From Minisyncoccota bacterium (GTDB lineage Bacteria; Patescibacteriota; Minisyncoccia; UBA6257; JAGOQP01): 64,000 nt of DNA. The DNA is taken from assembly GCA_041661795.1 (NCBI GenBank), contig JBAZTS010000005.1, positions 768-64,767 of the forward strand. Reading direction: 5' to 3'. This document shows positions 55,871 to 63,954 of the stretch, piece after piece. A program made the translations under genes and the position numbers. The notes under the pieces are model-generated. The model was not told the DNA's origin. It ran no database searches and saw only the letters and a program-made list of their open reading frames with translations. Each line of letters starts with the position of its first letter. Position 1 is the first letter of the stretch.

Positions 55871-57670
55871 ATGTCATCCACCGTAAAAATATCAAAAAAC
55901 AAGTTCTCTAAAAAAGTATTTTTTGAGGGACTTAAAATAGTTTTACAGGAAATAAAACCCCACAAAAAGATGGTATTTTTTTTGGTTGCCCTGAGTATGG
56001 TTGGAGCGACTCTTGAAGCGTTTGTTCCTTTAATGGCGGGAAAAATTTTTGACGCTATAATTAAAATTTCCCAAAGTCCGGTTCTGGCCCTAACTTCCAT
56101 ATTTATAATTATCGCCGGTTGGTTTGTTTTAAGATTTTTAAGCGATACCATTAGTTGGAGAATAAATCACGACAACCAAAAATTAGCCGTTACTCTTGAG
56201 GCCGAATATATGGCCAATGGTTTTGGAAAACTTTTTGAACTCCCTATCGCTGTTCATAAAGACAAAAAACACGGCGAAATAGGGGACAGAATCATGAGAG
56301 CGGCCGGAAAATTATCTGAAATAATTAACAGGGTCTCCATTAACCTTCTTCCTAGTTTTCTTAGTATAATTGTGGCTTTGGTGATAACTTCCTTTATCAA
56401 CTGGCAATTGACGGTAATTTTATTGACGGCGATTATTTTGTATGCAGGAGTTTTAGTAAAATCGGTTCCTTCTTTGGCTGACGTGCAGTCCAAAATGCAC
56501 AAGGCCTACAACCGGGCTTTTGGCAAGGCCTGGGATTCTCTGGAAAATATTCAGGAAATAAAACAAGTGGCTACAGAAAAATACGAACAAAATAGGATAA
56601 GAGAAAATTTTCTGGGTAAAGCCGCTCCTTTGTGGGTTAGGATGATGAATATTTTTATGAAATTGAATTTTTTCCAGCGGTTTCTTATCTCTACATCACA
56701 ACTCTTGATTTTTATTGTTTCGGTATTTTTTGTAAGAAACGGAATGATTACTCCGGGACAATTAGTGGCCTTTAATGGATACGCGGCTATGATATTTGGA
56801 CCGTTTGTTATTTTAGGGCAGAACTGGCAAATAATTCAAAACGGATTTATAGCTCTGATAAGATCCAAAAGAATTCTTGAACTGACTAAGGAAAATTATG
56901 CTCCCGACAAATCAACTCCTTTTAAAAAAATAGAAGGGAATGTTTCATTTGAAAAAGTTTCCTTTGCTTATAAATCTTTGGAAAACAAAATTCTAAAAGA
57001 TGTATCGTTTAATGTTCTACCCGGAGAGAGAATAGCTATTGTCGGTGAATCTGGGGTGGGTAAAACTACTCTGATTAATCTTCTTTTGGGATTGTATTTT
57101 GCTCAGAAAGGAAAAATTTCTGTGGACGGACAAGACATCAGAAAAGTAGATTTAAAATCTTATCGTTCCAGAATAGGAGTGGTTTCCCAGGAGCCGACTC
57201 TTTTTAACGATACCATAGAGGGCAATATCAAATACGGAAATTTTATAAAACCTTTAAAAGAAATAATTGAGGCCGCCAAAGAAGCTCATGCTGATGAATT
57301 TATAGAAAAGTTTTCCAAGAAATACAAACAGATGGTCGGTTGGAAGGGGATAAAACTTTCTATCGGTCAAAAACAAAGAATAGCTTTAGCCAGAGCTTTT
57401 TTAAGAAATCCTGACATTCTGATTTTAGACGAGCCAACATCGGCTTTGGATGCCAGATCAGAACAGTTGATAAAGGAGTCATTGGAAAAATTAATGAAAG
57501 GAAGAACTACGTTTATTATCGCTCATCGCCTGAGCACAATAAGAGAAGCGGATAAAATATTGGTTTTTGAAGGAGGAAAATTGGTTGAGAACGGCAAGCA
57601 CGATGATTTGCTAAAAATTGATGACGGTGTTTACAAAAAATTCTACGAATTACAGAATAAATCCAGTTAA
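55871..57670 (+). CDS. ABC exporter, fused permease/ATPase (MsbA/type I exporter family)
   Basis: 6-TM domain plus NBD with Walker A GESGVGKTTL, signature LSIGQKQRIALARAF, Walker B ILILDEPTSALD. Start set at the internal Met (MSSTVK) because the upstream extension overlaps the tRNA. Confidence 0.85.
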   Translation: MSSTVKISKNKFSKKVFFEGLKIVLQEIKPHKKMVFFLVALSMVGATLEAFVPLMAGKIFDAIIKISQSPVLALTSIFIIIAGWFVLRFLSDTISWRINHDNQKLAVTLEAEYMANGFGKLFELPIAVHKDKKHGEIGDRIMRAAGKLSEIINRVSINLLPSFLSIIVALVITSFINWQLTVILLTAIILYAGVLVKSVPSLADVQSKMHKAYNRAFGKAWDSLENIQEIKQVATEKYEQNRIRENFLGKAAPLWVRMMNIFMKLNFFQRFLISTSQLLIFIVSVFFVRNGMITPGQLVAFNGYAAMIFGPFVILGQNWQIIQNGFIALIRSKRILELTKENYAPDKSTPFKKIEGNVSFEKVSFAYKSLENKILKDVSFNVLPGERIAIVGESGVGKTTLINLLLGLYFAQKGKISVDGQDIRKVDLKSYRSRIGVVSQEPTLFNDTIEGNIKYGNFIKPLKEIIEAAKEAHADEFIEKFSKKYKQMVGWKGIKLSIGQKQRIALARAFLRNPDILILDEPTSALDARSEQLIKESLEKLMKGRTTFIIAHRLSTIREADKILVFEGGKLVENGKHDDLLKIDDGVYKKFYELQNKSS

Positions 57671-57766
57671 ATTTGGACTCTTAAGTTATCCACAGGGGGG
57701 TTGTGGAACATTGAAATATATGGTTTAATGACATTAATACTGAATTTTGTGAGTGGCTGTCAATCC

Positions 57767-57795
57767 TTGACTTTTGTCTAGTACTATGCTATAAT
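57767..57795 (+). promoter_or_regulatory. Sigma-70-like promoter (TTGACT-17 nt-TATAAT) upstream of the small secreted Cys-protein gene
   Basis: ttgact tttgtctagtactatgc tataat. Near-consensus hexamers with a 17-nt spacer, about 45 nt upstream of the ATG at 57842. Confidence 0.55.
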
Positions 57796-57841
57796 GGCAG
57801 TATTAGAAGTAAAAGGCCGCAGATTTAAGAATTCAAAAAAT

Positions 57842-58102
57842 ATGAAAAAGTTATCAATGTTGGTAGGGATTATGACTGTTTTGGGCATTATGTCTATAGC
57901 GATCGCTCAAGCCAGACCTGTTTCCAGACAGCCAAGATTTATTGATCTCAGGCCTTCTCAAAAGCTTTGTCTGGCGGTTATGACTCCAGCTGTCAACGTG
58001 AGAACGGGAGAATGTAAAACATTTAGTAATTCATGTATTCCGGATGGATGGGTAAGAGCAGATTTTTCCAGTAGGTGCTCATATCCTGAATCTGATAGAT
58101 AA
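57842..58102 (+). CDS. Small secreted cysteine-containing protein
   Basis: Signal peptide MKKLSMLVGIMTVLGIMSIAIAQA and 4 Cys in an ~60-aa mature part. Followed by a strong terminator. Confidence 0.55.
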   Translation: MKKLSMLVGIMTVLGIMSIAIAQARPVSRQPRFIDLRPSQKLCLAVMTPAVNVRTGECKTFSNSCIPDGWVRADFSSRCSYPESDR

Positions 58103-58111
58103 AACAAAAAC

Positions 58112-58140
58112 AAAAAAGCGACCTTGGGTCGCTTTTTTGT
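58112..58140 (+). terminator. Rho-independent terminator
   Basis: aaaaaagcgacc-ttg-ggtcgctttttt, a GC stem with flanking A and T runs. Confidence 0.8.
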
Positions 58141-58188
58141 TGCTGGTTTTTATGGAAACAGTGATATAAAATGCTGTTATTTGGGGTA

Positions 58189-58217
58189 TTGTAAAAAAAC
58201 TACGAGTATGGTATAAT
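58189..58217 (+). promoter_or_regulatory. Sigma-70-like promoter (TTGTAA-17 nt-TATAAT) at the AT-rich side of the compositional boundary, pointing into GC-rich block A
   Basis: ttgtaa aaaaactacgagtatgg tataat. The downstream ~160-nt leader is GC-rich with an 8-bp hairpin (tttttcgc-taac-gcgaaaaa, 58255..58274) and the direct repeat GCGAGACGAA x2. Confidence 0.4.
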
Positions 58218-58379
58218 TGATTCAGAAACTGGGAGATTGGCTTCCAGTAGGCCCTTTTTCGCTAACGCGAAAAAGAGGTTAACTGTTCTTTAACATACCT
58301 AACTACAAACGACGAAAGTCGAGCGAGACGAAATCCGCCTACGCTTGAGAAAGCTACGGCGAGACGAAGGGAGGCGGTC

Positions 58380-59594
58380 ATGAACCGCAATCGCAAGAGC
58401 GTGTGGATCGTTACTGTCATGGCGGTCGCGATCGCCATGATCAACATTAACCTGGTGGAGGCAGTTACGCCTCTCACCAGACAGTGGATTCCTTCTGTGG
58501 GATCCGGCTCGGGTATCAACTCGGCGCAGTGGCGGACGACGGTGTGGATTCACAACCCGTCGTCGGTTTCCACCGCCAACGTGGAAGTTTCTTTCTTCGA
58601 GAGGGGATCTTCCATCGGCGTTCCTCTGGTGGTTGTTACTCTCCAGGTTCTTTCTGGGGAGGCGATGACCCACCAGAACTTTATGTCGGATGTCCTGAGA
58701 GTATCAAAGTACGGATCTCTCAGGTTCGTTTCCGACATCCCTGTGTCGGTGCGTTCGCGCATCTACAATGCCAACAGCCCCACTCCTTCGGGAGCTGGGA
58801 CTGCTGGTCAAGCGTTTGACGGCATCAACGAGAACGATGCCGTCGGAGTTGGCCAAAGCGTGACGCTCCAGTCGGTCCCCACAACTTCCGATTTCCGTTT
58901 CAACTTCGGATTCATAGAAGTGGGCGGAACTGAGACGACTGTCCGGGCCCAGAGGATCAATTCCCTGGGACAGCCCGTCGGTGGTGACCGGGTCTACCTG
59001 GCTGGCGAGTATCAGGCCAACCAATTCCCGGTGAGCGATCTTTCCGTTACCACTACCGACATCGGCAGTAGTAACGATCAGATCAAGATGACCGTCACCC
59101 AAGGGGGACGGATCATCGCCTTTGGGTCTCTTGTGGACAACAAGACGGGGGACCCTACCACGGTGACACAGGAGTCACCGCTGGTCCGACCGGGAGTGTA
59201 CAGCTATACCATCCGCGACTCCCAGAACGGCGCCGTGAAGGGGACTCTGATCCTCAACGTGGCTATTGTTGAGGGAGTTCCTACGATGGTGAAGATGAGA
59301 ACCATATACTTGTGCGAGTGCGGACGGAATTGGTACTTCTACATCGACAACAGTGGCACGCCATTCTCTTTACCTATGACAAGCGGAGTGGGGGCTACTG
59401 AAGTAAGCGTCGGTCCCCCTTATGTTGAATTCTGGCTTGGGTGGGTACCGACAGTAAACCCAGATGGCACGGGGGGAGGATACGCCGATTATATGATCAA
59501 GAGCACCAATGCTCCTTGGTCTGAGTGTAATCTACTAACCACCACTCATGATCTTGTGGGAGGGTGGAGTGAACCTCTTCCGGCTGAGCAGTAG
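58380..59594 (+). CDS. Secreted protein of unknown function encoded in GC-rich block A
   Basis: SD gaagggaggcggtc-ATG and signal peptide MNRNRKSVWIVTVMAVAIAMININLVEA. 404 aa, GC-rich codon usage unlike the host genome, no recognisable family, C-terminal Cys cluster (CECGRNWYFY...C). Confidence 0.6.
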   Translation: MNRNRKSVWIVTVMAVAIAMININLVEAVTPLTRQWIPSVGSGSGINSAQWRTTVWIHNPSSVSTANVEVSFFERGSSIGVPLVVVTLQVLSGEAMTHQNFMSDVLRVSKYGSLRFVSDIPVSVRSRIYNANSPTPSGAGTAGQAFDGINENDAVGVGQSVTLQSVPTTSDFRFNFGFIEVGGTETTVRAQRINSLGQPVGGDRVYLAGEYQANQFPVSDLSVTTTDIGSSNDQIKMTVTQGGRIIAFGSLVDNKTGDPTTVTQESPLVRPGVYSYTIRDSQNGAVKGTLILNVAIVEGVPTMVKMRTIYLCECGRNWYFYIDNSGTPFSLPMTSGVGATEVSVGPPYVEFWLGWVPTVNPDGTGGGYADYMIKSTNAPWSECNLLTTTHDLVGGWSEPLPAEQ

Positions 59595-59778
59595 TGTAGT
59601 TAGGTAACAAGTTCTCAAAAGGGGTGTCTCGCAAGAGCACCCCTTGAGCTTTTTATATTGTTTTAATTCTCTAAATGTGATTTAATATATAATAGAAACC
59701 AAGAGATTGTCTCTTGGTATAGCACATTAACAAGTCGTGTGATCTGGGTGAGACATCCCCGGAAAGGAGGTGAGAAGA

Positions 59779-59925
59779 ATGGGGAACGAAAAGCGCCAGA
59801 AGTGGGCGGAGGATCGCCAGAAGCGTTACGAGCCCAAGGGACCCAAGACCGACAAGGGAGGCGGTCGCGAAAGGAATGTTGGTCATCCCAAGGGGGAGGA
59901 ACACAGTCGCGTCAGCAAGAAGTAG
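59779..59925 (+). CDS. Small hydrophilic basic protein (48 aa), possibly KGG/stress-protein-like
   Basis: Strong SD ggaaaggaggtgagaagaATG and translation MGNEKRQKWAEDRQKRYEPKGPKTDKGGGRERNVGHPKGEEHSRVSKK. Followed by a ggggcga...tcgcccc hairpin. Not in the ORF track because it is under 60 aa. Preferred over the antisense hydrophobic ORF 59671..59943. Confidence 0.4.
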   Translation: MGNEKRQKWAEDRQKRYEPKGPKTDKGGGRERNVGHPKGEEHSRVSKK

Positions 59926-59932
59926 CACCATG

Positions 59933-59954
59933 GGGGCGAGCAAATGTTCGCCCC
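59933..59954 (+). terminator. GC-rich hairpin (ggggcga-gcaaatgt-tcgcccc) at the end of GC-rich block A
   Basis: A perfect 7-bp GC stem just after the stop of the small ORF, followed by an AT-rich stretch. Confidence 0.45.
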
Positions 59955-59991
59955 TGCTATTATTATATGGTATATTATTGGAAATACTTAT

Positions 59992-61248
59992 ATGAACGTT
60001 AAAGTAAAAAAATTAAAAAATGGATTTAAAATTATTTATTTGCCTTTTGACAACTTTTCTTCAACCGTCATTAGACTTCTTGTTCCGGCGGGTTCATTTT
60101 TGGACGGCAAACGACATGGATTGGCACACATGGTGGAGCATATGGCAACCAAATGGATTGAAAATAGGATACACGACATTACAAGCACTGTATGGGCCGC
60201 CGATCATCTTGTCACTCATTTTGAATCCGGAATAAATCGTCAATACGCATATTTTAGCTTTGATGTTCACCACAAAGACGCCAAACGCGTAGTTAATATA
60301 TTAAGAGATATGCTTATTTTAGACAAAATTTCATTGGGTGATTTAACGGGAGAAAAAAATATTATACTTTCCGAAATTCGCGACTCAATTGATTCTTCCT
60401 CATACAACTTTGAAAAAGACGCAAGTATATCACTGGGAGACATATTAGGAGTGGCGCACCCCGTGCTTGGATATTCTTCTTCTGTAAGACGTTTTACTAA
60501 CAAGATCATAAATAACTTTTTTGTTCATTATTATCAGAATACTAGCGCGATTCTTGTGGTTTCGGGTAAGGTGACATCTGACATACAAAAAGAAATAGAA
60601 ACATCTTTTAATAATGCCCATCTAACACCATCCACATCTCACTTTGTTGGTCTCAGAACTCTTCTTAAGCGATCCCGATTTCATATTGTGAATAATTTTA
60701 CGCGTCAATCTTATTGCACAATATTTTATCCTCTTCCTGTAAAAAATTTAAACGAGTTACTTGTGTGGAAATTTGTCGGTTTTGTGTTATATGATTACCT
60801 ACGTTACGTTTTAAGAGAAAATGGATATATTTCATATTCTACCGATGTTGACGTGGAGGATCTTTGGCAGCGCCCAGTATTAGCGGTAAGATTTTCTGTT
60901 GAGGTTAATAAAATGACGCACGCTTTACAACTCTGGCAAGATGCTTTATCTAAATTCTCGGATGTATTTACACAACACGAATATATAATCGCTCTCAGGG
61001 CTTATATTCAGGAAATAGAGCTTGATAAAGATTACCCAATTACACAGGCAAAAAATTTTGGTCATTACGCAATGCTATTTGGCCTAAATTCGGTACAAAA
61101 CATTAAGCGGGAGAACTATAAAAAATTGTTTTCTCAAAAAAGAGTTATAAAAAATATTCACACAATAATGCAAAATCCACACTTTCTTCATATTGTGGCA
61201 TCAAAAAAACGACTAGACGAGAAGAAATTACGCAAAGATTTTATATAA
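59992..61248 (+). CDS. M16-family (insulinase/pitrilysin-like) zinc metallopeptidase
   Basis: Inverted zinc-binding motif HxxEH in GLAHMVEHMATK near the N-terminus, typical of M16. The ORF-track start (59944) overlaps the upstream hairpin, so the internal MNVKVKKL is used. Confidence 0.6.
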   Translation: MNVKVKKLKNGFKIIYLPFDNFSSTVIRLLVPAGSFLDGKRHGLAHMVEHMATKWIENRIHDITSTVWAADHLVTHFESGINRQYAYFSFDVHHKDAKRVVNILRDMLILDKISLGDLTGEKNIILSEIRDSIDSSSYNFEKDASISLGDILGVAHPVLGYSSSVRRFTNKIINNFFVHYYQNTSAILVVSGKVTSDIQKEIETSFNNAHLTPSTSHFVGLRTLLKRSRFHIVNNFTRQSYCTIFYPLPVKNLNELLVWKFVGFVLYDYLRYVLRENGYISYSTDVDVEDLWQRPVLAVRFSVEVNKMTHALQLWQDALSKFSDVFTQHEYIIALRAYIQEIELDKDYPITQAKNFGHYAMLFGLNSVQNIKRENYKKLFSQKRVIKNIHTIMQNPHFLHIVASKKRLDEKKLRKDFI

Positions 61249-61285
61249 ATATAGAGACAATAAAAGTTTGGTTGTCGTTTACTAT

Positions 61286-61462
61286 ATGAAATTATTTTTA
61301 ATTCGTCATGGAGAAACCGAAGAATCTAAAAAAGGCATATTGCTCGGACATCTTTCAGGGCGTTTAACTGTTAGAGGAAAAAGGGAAATGTTGAATGTTG
61401 CTAAGAAAATAGAAAAACTAAATCCGGATATAATATTTTCAAGTGATTTAAAAAGAGCTTAG
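61286..61462 (+). pseudogene. Truncated histidine-phosphatase (phosphoglycerate mutase-like) N-terminal fragment
   Basis: MKLFLIRHGETEESKKGIL... carries the catalytic RHG motif of the PGM/histidine phosphatase family but stops after ~58 aa. Intact members are ~200 aa. Confidence 0.5.
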
Positions 61463-61501
61463 GTGGTTTTTATTTAAGATAAAATATGTTTTACTTAAAT
61501 T

Positions 61502-62221
61502 ATGATAAGATTGCGTTTTTACGTAAATAAATCGCTAGATAAAAGAATGGTCAAAGAATTTATCAGTGTCCAAGCTGGAGGAGTAAATTTTGGTCAAAAT
61601 ATTATCAAATTACATCCCCGATTAAGATTTGATAGGTTAAACAAAAGATCACAGCCTAAAATCATTGATGATTATTTTGATGTTTACTATAAAATTCACA
61701 AAGAAAAAATAAAACGGAAAATTAACGAAATAAGAAGAGAATGGATTAAATGGGAGGAAAATTTCGTTTCCATTACAGAAAAATACTTTGGAGGTTTTAA
61801 ATTTTCTAAAGGAAGATATATAGCATATCCGTCAATCATAAATTGCAACCCACGTTTTCTTGATTCAAAAACATTTCAATTTTTCTATAAAAAAGAAATT
61901 CCGGATGCCGTTCATACTATAGCCCACGAACTTCTTCACTTTATATTCTTTGATTTTGTAAATAAAAAACTTCCTAAAATAAAACATGAACTTTCTGACG
62001 ATGAGTTATGGGACCTATCAGAAATATTTAATGTTGTTTTGTTGAGAATGCTATATAAAAACATTATAAATCATAGATATATTCATCCCTATCCTGATCA
62101 TAAAAAATATTTACGTGATATAATACAAACTTTTCTAAAATCCACCAATATAAAAGAATTTATTATAAAGAGTGCCAGCGTCATCAGACAAAGAAAAACA
62201 GAAATTAGAAGAGGGAGCTAA
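61502..62221 (+). CDS. Hypothetical protein with an HExxH motif (putative metalloprotease-like)
   Basis: HTIAHELLHFIFFDF. 239 aa with no other recognisable motifs. Convergent with the rSAM gene. Confidence 0.4.
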   Translation: MIRLRFYVNKSLDKRMVKEFISVQAGGVNFGQNIIKLHPRLRFDRLNKRSQPKIIDDYFDVYYKIHKEKIKRKINEIRREWIKWEENFVSITEKYFGGFKFSKGRYIAYPSIINCNPRFLDSKTFQFFYKKEIPDAVHTIAHELLHFIFFDFVNKKLPKIKHELSDDELWDLSEIFNVVLLRMLYKNIINHRYIHPYPDHKKYLRDIIQTFLKSTNIKEFIIKSASVIRQRKTEIRRGS

Positions 62222-62229
62222 AAGCTCCC
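62213..62229. terminator. Bidirectional stem-loop (gggagct-aaa-agctccc) between convergent genes, overlapping both stop codons
   Basis: A perfect 7-bp inverted repeat at the junction of the AT-rich segment and GC-rich block B. Confidence 0.55.
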
Positions 62230-62231
62230 TC

Positions 62232-63614
62232 TTAAGATCTGTTCTCTGCCACCCATTTCTCCTTCTGTTTCTCCCAAAGATCCTGAATGAGAAAAAGAGT
62301 GGCTGATTTCGCGTGCGCGCAGAAGCGCGTGTCCAGCGCTTCCAATGATCCAGTTAAGCGATATGCGTTGTAGGGACACCCACCTCCGCAGTTACCGAGT
62401 GCTAGACACCCGAGACATTCTTGGTTGCTCAACGGTGAGCGCCGTCTCCAGAGTTTCCAGAAAGGGTGCATCTCGGGTTGAAAGGTCTCCAGGGATTCTT
62501 CTACAAAGAACTCCTTTTGCCCGCAGAATGCTTGACACACTCCGATCTTTCCGTCTGGGCTTACGACCACCTGAAGACCACAACCTCCGCAGTCACTCAG
62601 AACTGGCGTCTTGTCTATAAAGTTGCGAACTCGCCTCATCATCCTATCTTCATAGACGCCTCTCTCACGAGCGATTTTAAAGCACTCAATAAGTTCTTGA
62701 GCAATGGTTTCTGCATAGTCATGGTTTCCATGACCATCTCCATCGTTTTCAATGAGAATATTGAATCCCATCCCCTTAGCACCAAGTTCATCGGTGAGCC
62801 AGGTTACTATCTCCCTCATGTGTGAGAGATTGTGACGATCGACAGTGACGCAAACTCCAGTGTGCACACCCATCTGCTGAGCGAGACGGTAGGAACGAAT
62901 TACATCATCAAACGTTCCTTCGCCGGTAGAGTAAACCCGCATTTGATCGTGAATCTCTTTCGGCCCGTCTATGGAGATAGCAACTACTGCGCCGCTCTCC
63001 TTACACGAAGTCAAAATCTCTTCGTCAAGAAGAATACCGTTGGTATTCAGGGTAACTCCCATGCTTTGTGGAAGTACTTCCGCTTCCTTGTTCTCCTTGA
63101 TGTACTGCAGAACTTCAAGGAGGACCTTACGATTCAGCGTTGGTTCACCTCCGTAGATGACTATCTGCTGGTCGGTATGTCCCTTGGCAATACTCCTCTT
63201 CACACACCTAGCAAAGAAATCGATAGCAGCATGCGCCGTCTCCGACTTCATTTGTGAAAAGCGGTAGTGAGGAGGCATATTGGCCAAGAAATAGCAGTAC
63301 CGACAACGGATATTGCAAGCATCAGAAAGAAGTAGATAAAGGATGTTGATGGATGGATCGTCTAACGCTTTCTGATACTCCCGATAATGTTCACATCCGT
63401 CATCATTCTCTGCTAGGAGAAAACCCAATGACTGGAGCGATTCCAGGAGTTGCTCTGACTCAGCGTCAGATGACGTGAACCAACCATCTTCTTGACACTG
63501 TTTCACGGTCGATGCTTTGATAAACACTGTTTCCAAGTCAAGGCTGTGATACAATGCCACGTACTCCTCATCTACCGGAATGATGTACAGGAAAGGACTT
63601 TGTTGTAGTCTCAC
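62232..63614 (-). CDS. Radical SAM enzyme with a C-terminal SPASM domain: a RiPP maturase of the SCIFF/ranthipeptide (or anSME-like) type
   Basis: GTG start preceded by SD AAGGAGGT. CxxxCxxC motif in DACNIRCRYCYF, glycine-rich SAM motif IYGGEPTL, and a C-terminal Cys cluster CGGCGLQVVVSPDGKIGVCQAFCG...CLGCLALGNCGGGCPYNA (twitch/SPASM auxiliary clusters). Roughly 50% GC. Confidence 0.8.
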   Translation of the reverse strand: MRLQQSPFLYIIPVDEEYVALYHSLDLETVFIKASTVKQCQEDGWFTSSDAESEQLLESLQSLGFLLAENDDGCEHYREYQKALDDPSINILYLLLSDACNIRCRYCYFLANMPPHYRFSQMKSETAHAAIDFFARCVKRSIAKGHTDQQIVIYGGEPTLNRKVLLEVLQYIKENKEAEVLPQSMGVTLNTNGILLDEEILTSCKESGAVVAISIDGPKEIHDQMRVYSTGEGTFDDVIRSYRLAQQMGVHTGVCVTVDRHNLSHMREIVTWLTDELGAKGMGFNILIENDGDGHGNHDYAETIAQELIECFKIARERGVYEDRMMRRVRNFIDKTPVLSDCGGCGLQVVVSPDGKIGVCQAFCGQKEFFVEESLETFQPEMHPFWKLWRRRSPLSNQECLGCLALGNCGGGCPYNAYRLTGSLEALDTRFCAHAKSATLFLIQDLWEKQKEKWVAENRS

Positions 63615-63641
63615 TTTAAACCTCCTTTCTTTTTAGAAAGT

Positions 63642-63669
63642 TGGGGGTGGCATAACTCAACCACCCCCA
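63642..63669 (-). promoter_or_regulatory. Intercistronic GC hairpin (9-bp stem tgggggtgg/ccaccccca) between the precursor peptide gene and the rSAM gene; candidate attenuator or partial terminator
   Basis: Perfect 9-bp stem with a 10-nt loop, located 20 nt downstream of the precursor stop and ahead of the maturase SD. Confidence 0.55.
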
Positions 63670-63688
63670 TTCCTAATTTCTGTTTCAC

Positions 63689-63841
63689 CTACTTGCTCGA
63701 CTTGCACGGCGTGCAACGGCATGAGCTACAAGATGTGCAGTCGCACGGGCGGGAATTGACCGCTTCGTTGAGATCGATCCTCCCGACGATCTTCGAGCGT
63801 GTTTCCGCCGCAGGAACTACGAGAACATTGGCTTTACTCAT
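63689..63841 (-). CDS. RiPP precursor peptide with six cysteines in the C-terminal 14 residues (SCIFF/ranthipeptide-like)
   Basis: SD GGAGGTG 8 nt before ATG. Translation MSKANVLVVPAAETRSKIVGRIDLNEAVNSRPCDCTSCSSCRCTPCKSSK (50 aa). The ORF track extends to an upstream GTG. Immediately upstream of a radical SAM/SPASM gene on the same strand. Confidence 0.7.
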   Translation of the reverse strand: MSKANVLVVPAAETRSKIVGRIDLNEAVNSRPCDCTSCSSCRCTPCKSSK

Positions 63842-63901
63842 TCTCATCACCTCCTCTCTGGGGAAAGAATCACCCGACCTCACAACTTGTTAATGTGCTA
63901 T

Positions 63902-63954
63902 ATCCAGAGCCAATCTCTGGATTTCTAAGATTATATTAAATCATATTTTGTCAA
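63902..63954 (-). promoter_or_regulatory. Putative promoter region for the precursor-maturase operon with a perfect 8-bp palindrome in the leader
   Basis: On the minus strand: TTGACA (63949-54), a 13-nt spacer, TATAAT (63930-35), then the inverted repeat atccagag-ccaat-ctctggat (63902..63922) between the -10 and the SD. The short spacer keeps confidence low. Confidence 0.35.

Noticed and set aside
55666-56151. ORFs 55666..55911 (+) and 55825..56151 (-)
   Set aside because: The first is built over the CAT-anticodon tRNA and the ABC-exporter start. The second is antisense to the ABC exporter.
57684-57700. ccacagggggg ttgtgg as a terminator after the ABC exporter
   Set aside because: The stem is imperfect (5/6) and there is no T-run. 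Not reported as a feature.
58262-59943. Minus-strand and alternate-frame ORFs in GC-rich block A (58262..58519, 58299..58673, 58484..58819, 58550..58762, 58704..59102, 59671..59943, 59739..60002)
   Set aside because: High GC produces long spurious open frames. The plus-strand 58380..59594 gene has SD, signal peptide and coherent codon usage. The 59671..59943 antisense ORF conflicts with an SD-led small ORF.
61268-61462. Treating the 64-aa histidine-phosphatase ORF as an intact gene
   Set aside because: The family is ~200 aa and only the N-terminal RHG segment is present before a stop. Called a gene fragment or pseudogene instead.
62345-63257. Plus-strand ORFs (62345..62620, 62466..62825, 62832..63257, 62971..63156) and the minus-strand 62392..62583 ORF within the radical SAM gene
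   Set aside because: Embedded in a 460-aa minus-strand CDS with clear rSAM/SPASM motifs. GC-driven artefacts.
63693-63893. Plus-strand ORF 63693..63893 antisense to the six-Cys precursor
   Set aside because: No SD. The minus-strand frame has SD, a six-Cys core and operon context with the maturase.
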